A stretch of 64,000 nucleotides of DNA from Octopus sinensis (Eukaryota): NCBI RefSeq assembly GCF_006345805.1, contig NC_043005.1:15748001-15812000 (forward strand). Direction: 5' to 3'. The notes beneath the pieces were generated by a model that saw nothing but the letters and a program-made list of their open reading frames with translations, made no database searches and had not been told where the DNA came from. Each line of letters starts with the position of its first letter. Positions within the stretch are counted from its first letter, which is position 1. Positions 27,387-64,000 of the stretch are shown here, one piece after another. The position numbers and the translations under genes are program-made.

Positions 27387-28759
27387 ATAATATAGGGCCA
27401 TATAATTACTGGGAACCATATAATTACTAGTGGCCATATAATTACTGGTGGGGGGTTATTTAATAACTGGGGGCCATATAAGTACTGTATAATATTGGGT
27501 TGTATAATTACTGAGTCATTTACTTCTTTGTATCAATACAAGTCACTGTACTCACTATATAAAGCAGGGTCATATGAAACATTTAGTTAGTCTTATGAAA
27601 GTATAAGGTGGTTGAGGTCATCCAAACTGGTGAAATACATGTGACTGACATTCCATTTGAACTTCTTCATGTTGCAGTTTGTTGATAGTGATTGTACAGT
27701 TGGCAATCAGTTCATTTTTTGCACAAGGCTTCATGCTGTCTATATAGTAAGGGAGTTTATATTATTAATGCAATCAGAAAAATTGTTGAAAGGGCTTTCA
27801 TCAATTAAAAGGAATGAATGACTGAAAGCATAGTCTAAATTTTTATCACATCCAATATGGGACTGTGAGTTATTAATTAAGAATAATATATGTAATGATG
27901 ACAAAATCCCATCTCCTTGTAGGAAGAGAGAAGCTAAATTTTAAAAAATACCCAAATTCATTTAGAAATAGTTTTTTACCCAATTAAACTTTGTCTAGTA
28001 TCCTCAGAGAATTAAGTTACTATATAAACATTATTGCATCACCCAAAGACCTTTGGGTTTCTTGTGTCTTCTTCTTTCTTTTCTTTTCTACAGAATATGA
28101 AGCTGTTGTTGTTGTTGTAGTTGTTACTGTCTAATCTTGATAAAGCATATTTATGATCAAAGACTATGATCATTGCAAGGCTTTGCATATCCGGGGTTAT
28201 ATTGTCCTATATGTCACCCCTCCTTTTTCAAAGTGGTAGGATGTGAATTTAGCTCTATTGTTAGCTGGTCAAGGAACAATATAGAAGTTCTCTTATTTTT
28301 GCTTAAAAAAAGAAGTAATTGTACGTGTGAGGGATCAGCTGTTTTTATCAGCTGAAAGGAAGATTGGCTAGGAACTGAATAATTAGAAACTGTTTGTTCT
28401 TTACTAATTGCCGGTAGCTTCGTCAACTCATGTACCAAACCCCTTTTTTAATCACTTAGTCTGTTCTGTGCAAGACTGGTAGGAGAAAGTTTCCCCAAAG
28501 TAGAGACCTGACCTGGGATACTTGCAATAGATGAGAGCCCTGTAGAGTCACCCTAAGGTCAGATATCTTAAAACAAGGCCTCCATATAGTTTCTGGCAGA
28601 TTTCACTTAGATTTTGGTCAGCTTAAGGGTTTGGTTAATGAAACTTGCCCCTTAAATGCTGTGCAAAAGAATTGAACCTGACACCATGTAACTGTAAAGT
28701 CCATCCATTTTCTTCTGGGAGTAGAGTCGTCAGGCATCTCCTCCATTGGGTTGTATCAG

Positions 28760-29060
28760 TAGCAACCATCATCACACTTTCTGGCGGGTTTCCCTAGCAG
28801 GACCAACTACGACAACAGATATTATCAAGCCATCTTGTTGTTGGTTTATCCTTAGGTCTCCTACAGATCGACTCATCTTCAAGAATCCATCTTGCAATTC
28901 CTTCCTGTGGCATTCTAATTGCATACCTGTAGTAGCAAAGATGTGATTCGCAATGCAGAGAGAAGTAATGACTTGACCAGGAAAGACGTCCTGATCTCCA
29001 AACTACACATCCTGTGATGCGAACCCCTTGAATACACACTGCCCTTATGACTCAAATAAC
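28760..29060 (-). mobile_element. RTE-like LINE C-terminal fragment
   Basis: IRMPQE..RRPKDKPTTRWLDNI resembles the RTE GRPxxRW.D motif. Confidence 0.5.
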
Positions 29061-29344
29061 TTCTACCGTGTACCTCCCCACAACCATGTGATTTGTTACC
29101 ATGGTAACTACATATTCTACATGTTATTTAGTTTAAGGCAGGAATTAATTGCAGAATAAAAAGAAATTCCAAATAAAAAATAACTTCTTTTATTTTGCCA
29201 AATCATCTATATTCAATTCACGTTATTTATCAGATTTTGCTTTTCTGATGACTCGGTCACCTTGTTTTTGTAGTTGTTGGTGATGCTGGTGTGGCCAATG
29301 TTATTTATTCTTTCCTCTGGCTAGTAAATTCTGATGTGACATGA

Positions 29345-29449
29345 CACACATACGCACACTTACATATACACACAGATATGTATACATACATATATATATA
29401 TACATACATACATACATAGATACATATATATATATACATACATACATGC

Positions 29450-29493
<44 letters not shown>

Positions 29494-29530
29494 ATATATA
29501 TATATATATACATACATATATAAATATATG

Positions 29531-29564
<34 letters not shown>

Positions 29565-29608
29565 TATATACACAATCACATAAACACACACACATATATA
29601 TGTATGCA

Positions 29609-29647
<39 letters not shown>

Positions 29648-29749
29648 CATACATATGTACACCCCATATGTGTATGTATATATACATATGTACACACATA
29701 TATGTATGCTTGTATGTGTATGTATATATATACATACATATATAAATAC

Positions 29750-29811
<62 letters not shown>

Positions 29812-29822
29812 CCATGCATACA

Positions 29823-29855
<33 letters not shown>

Positions 29856-29881
29856 GTTATATATATTATATATATTTATAC

Positions 29882-29914
<33 letters not shown>

Positions 29915-29962
29915 CAGATATATATATATATATACATATATGCACATATATATATATATATA
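29345..29962. repeat. TA/CA compound microsatellite
   Basis: Direct observation. Confidence 0.95.
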
Positions 29963-30828
29963 ATGCAATAGAAAAAATTTAAACAAAGTAATAATGAAAA
30001 AAAACAAACAAACAAGCAAAACAGAAAAGAATTATAGATCAGAGAAAGAGAGAGAGAGAGAAACCCAGCTTTGCTAGTTGGGTAATCGTTTAATTTCTTT
30101 CTTAATCAACTTGGTTCTTTACGATAGAAGAATTTTACAACTCGAAAAAAAAAAAAAATAGAAGGAAAAATGTCTTATAGTTACAAAAAAAATAATGATT
30201 TTATAATAATGATTTCATAATCTAATGGAAACATTTTCTTTTTTATTTGTGTTATTTTCTATAAAATCGAAGTCTTCATGGCTTTTGGGAGAAATTAAGG
30301 AAACACTAAATCTAGCATCACGAGAATTGTTAGTATTTTGTTTCTTGATTGTAAATTTTTTCTTTTTCTTTTTCTTTTTTCACCACAGAAGCATAATAAA
30401 CAAATGTGAGGCTTAACATACACATACACACACATACAACAACAACAAAAAAACAACAACAACAACAACAACAAAGAAACACCAACATAGTGGGAACACA
30501 GCTAAATGTTTTCGATGTTAGACTGGTCAGCCATTTTGTTCACGGAGGGTGCAACTGTCTTCATTGAAAAAACTGAAAGCCTTTTTTGGAGGCAGTTAAC
30601 TGGTTTTTTTATTAACGCTCCTTGAATATAAATTCTCTGTACAAAAATTATTTATAAACAGTTGTGGTACTCAGCCTGGTGATCATTGTTAACAGTGATT
30701 GTTTCTCTTTTTTTTTTTTTTTTTTTCAAAAAAAAAATACAAACAAAAACAAAAACAAACAAAACCAGACTGTGTGTTGGAACGAAATCCCATGCGAAAA
30801 AAAAGGAAATGGGTGGGGAGTAAAGAAT

Positions 30829-60730
<29,902 letters not shown>

Positions 60731-60908
60731 CTACAATATAAAAAGTAAAGAATACATAAAGGGAAAAATAAAGTAATTGAAGAAGGTGCTGTAGGTCAAG
60801 TCAATTTAATAAAGGATATACATGTGCTTGAGCACTACTGGTATTTAGCATGGGTAATGACCAGTGATGGTCTTCCTTGGCCACAAGTTTACACCCATTA
60901 TCATCCAT

Positions 60909-60952
<44 letters not shown>

Positions 60953-62313
60953 TATATATATGTATATATTTATATATATATGAGTTGCCATGATTGATCA
61001 TTAAATCCACAGTTTTTTTATTCTCTCTCTGTTTGTTTCCTCTGTTGAAGAGCATGTGCTCGAAATGTAAAAGACTTTCTCATCTTCCTGAGCATCAAAC
61101 TAATACACCTGCTTGTTGTTTATACAACTGTCTTCTCCATTAATTTTTCGGTAAATTTCAACTATATATATATGCATATATATATATATGTATGTATGTA
61201 TGTATGTAACATGTAACCCAGTACAACCTGTTGCATGGTTGGGTCGGCGGTGACTAAACCGGCAACCCTACAAAGCTTGCTTGGTGAGGAGGGTGTTTAT
61301 TGGACACCCTGCGGGATGAAAAACAAAACCCGTCAAAGGGCGGAGCAACTCTTGAGAGTCAACAGCCATCCAATAAATGTCTTAAGGACGTATCATGTAT
61401 GGGGACATAGAAATAATTACACAGAATACCCGATCGTGCGGTTAAACCATTGGGAGTGAAGGACTCCTAGCATTTGTTAGGGCATCCTTCTAGGAGAAGG
61501 TAACTCATGTAACTGGGATAACTCTGACATAAAACCTGCGGCTCAGTGGTTACCGATGATGTTGACTTGTTCTTCTTTTCGGATTATGGCTGCTGTTGCT
61601 TAGTGAGTGGGACTGACTCAGTGCACAGCCTTTCCTCACTTCAAAAAAAATCTTGCACAGGCATTGCATGATAACAACATTGATTAAGCTTCGTGCAATG
61701 GCCATACTCGATAACGAGGGGGCAGCCACCATGTATGTATGTATGTATGTGTGTATGTATGTATAACATGGTATACTGTTCTGTGAAGATAAGATCAACA
61801 AAAAAAAAGTACTCCATCTGGCAAGAGATAAATATTGTTTAATGCATATACTTTTATGAGCTACTTCAGAGCCTAAAGATTGCATGAAGGCACCAGACAT
61901 GTTATAAAATGCAGTCTGTGTCATTTTCATTACATGAAACTATTAGTCCTCAATCAAATCGTCCAACCCATGCCAGCATGTAAAGCGGACGTTAAACGAT
62001 GATGATATATGATGGACTCTCCCACTGAAGATGAGAAATGAGCATTAAGCTTTTGTCAAGTGACCTCCACAAATGATTTGTTTATAATGATCAAGTGTAT
62101 GTGCTGTACAGTAGCACACCCTCTCATTAAATAGATGTTGCCTGAACAGGTGTATGGTGTACCACACATCAAATGTTGAAGGAATCGCAGAGGAACATGA
62201 GATAAAGTGCTCTGCTCAAGAACACAATGCACCACCCAGTCTAGGAACTGAAACTATGATCTTGTGATTGTGAGTTGAGTTCAACACCCCAACCTCCTAG
62301 GCCACACACACAC

Positions 62314-62346
<33 letters not shown>

Positions 62347-62376
62347 TGTATGTATGTATGTATGTATGTATGTATG

Positions 62377-62408
<32 letters not shown>

Positions 62409-62914
62409 AATTATTACTTGAGGGAATAACATCCAAACTTACGAGGAAAAAGAATTCAATTTAGAAATACTAAATCAAATTCCGCACAATATAATACATA
62501 TATAAAATATTAGAAAAAAACCACCTTTTATCAATTCAAAATGAATAATTAAATTACACCATCTAGAAAATTACATATGATACAAAAGTTAAAATTAAAA
62601 TAACAATTAAAAAGTAAAGATTAAGTAAAATACAAAAATAAGCCTGGTGCAGCTTTCTGGCTTCCCAGACCCCAGTTGAACCATGCTAGCATGAAAGTGG
62701 ACGCTAAACGATGATGATGATGATGATGATAATAGGTATTATATACATTATATAATATATATTATATATTATATACATTTTATTTTTGTAATTTACTTAA
62801 TCTTTACTTTTTATTGTTATTTTAATTTTAACTTTTCTATCATATGTAATTTTCTAGATGGTGTAATTTACTTATTCATTTTGAATTGATAAAAGTGTTT
62901 TTTTTCTAATATTT

Positions 62915-63057
<143 letters not shown>

Positions 63058-63355
63058 TAATAAACTGCTGTTACAATTCAATATACATATTCTTCTAAAA
63101 ACAGAGCATTATTTGAAATTAGGTAAGAGCAAAGGAAGAGGAAGTTATGCAACGAACTTCATTAGCTAAGAAGTTGATACACAAGCACTCAGCTCTGTTC
63201 TATTATGCCAGCTACAGCCTAAAGATGTCAACTGGCAGTACCAGTGTTTTGGGGTCACACTGAACTATACCGATATAATATAGGGTAAATATAGTAATAA
63301 TAATCATTAGATTAAAATATTTATAAATTCCATCCAAGGATTATTATTATTATTA

Positions 63356-63400
<45 letters not shown>

Positions 63401-63429
63401 CATAATTATTATTATCATCACTATTATTA

Positions 63430-63660
63430 TTACTACTTGTGTCAGTCATTTGACTGTGGCCATGCTGGAGCACCGCCTTCAGTTGAAGAAATTGATCCCA
63501 GGACATATTCTTTGTAAGCCTAGTACTTATTCTATACTTATTCTATCAGTCCTTTTTTGCTGAACTGCTGAGTTACGGGGACATAAACACACCAATACTG
63601 GTTGTCAAGCGATGGCCAGGGAGGGGGGGCAAACACTAACACAAAGACACACGCATAAAT
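63430..63660 (-). mobile_element. SINE family A, 3' half
   Basis: Matches the family A tail. Confidence 0.75.
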
Positions 63661-64000
63661 CTATATACTTATATCTATATATACATACATATATATATAT
63701 ATATATAAGAAATTAATAAATAAAACATATGCATATATACATACATATATGTATGTACCTACCTCTACATGTATATATACATGCATATATGGGTATAGGA
63801 CTCCAAAAAAAACGTCGAATACAATGAGAAACGAAAACATAAACACAAAACCAAGCAACTGGACATTTTTCTTAAACAACGAAAAAATAGAGTACAGGAC
63901 AAATAACACAAGGAAAATTCCCCTTCTTCAGTCGCCATGGTTTCATCTACTCTGCGTATATATATATATATATATATAATAATAAATATTAGGGAATAAA

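Noticed and set aside
28173-28438. Short ORFs downstream of the collagen
   Set aside because: No recognisable homology or convincing splice pattern.
29100-30828. Collagen 3' UTR end and poly(A) signal
   Set aside because: Several minus-strand AATAAA candidates (about 30607, 30242, 29304, 29188); cannot choose without transcript data.
63790-63960. CTGAAGA motif on the minus strand of a repeat-like segment
   Set aside because: No GAAA after the stem, so no hammerhead call.

Overview
AT-rich, microsatellite-dense animal genomic DNA with one 100-N assembly gap (3603-3702). The repeat content (tRNA-headed SINEs, RTE tails, TACA/TATC/TA arrays) suggests an octopod cephalopod; this is inference. 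The only host gene I can support is the 3' part of a fibrillar collagen on the minus strand: 14 GT-AG exons from 60730 down to the stop at 30829, 1476 nt in-window (491 aa plus stop). It has nine Gly-X-Y exons of 54/108/36 bp, a joining exon and a COLFI C-propeptide, and resembles clade B (type V/XI) chains. The 5' part lies beyond the window. The chain lacks both interchain cysteines (C2, C3) and has a 13-basic-residue tract ending in a furin-type site and a lengthened helical segment. Positions 1-30 kb are apparently intergenic. Mobile DNA includes a Tx1/L1-type LINE inside a (TATC)n array, a Penelope-like RT fragment, hammerhead-like motifs, four mariner elements, a Tc1 remnant, non-autonomous Helitrons, TTAA MITEs, RTE fragments and many SINEs. 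There is also an 18S-ITS1 rDNA fragment in a collagen intron and several local fold-back inverted duplications. Most ORFs in the supplied track are microsatellite artefacts. Repeat boundaries are approximate.
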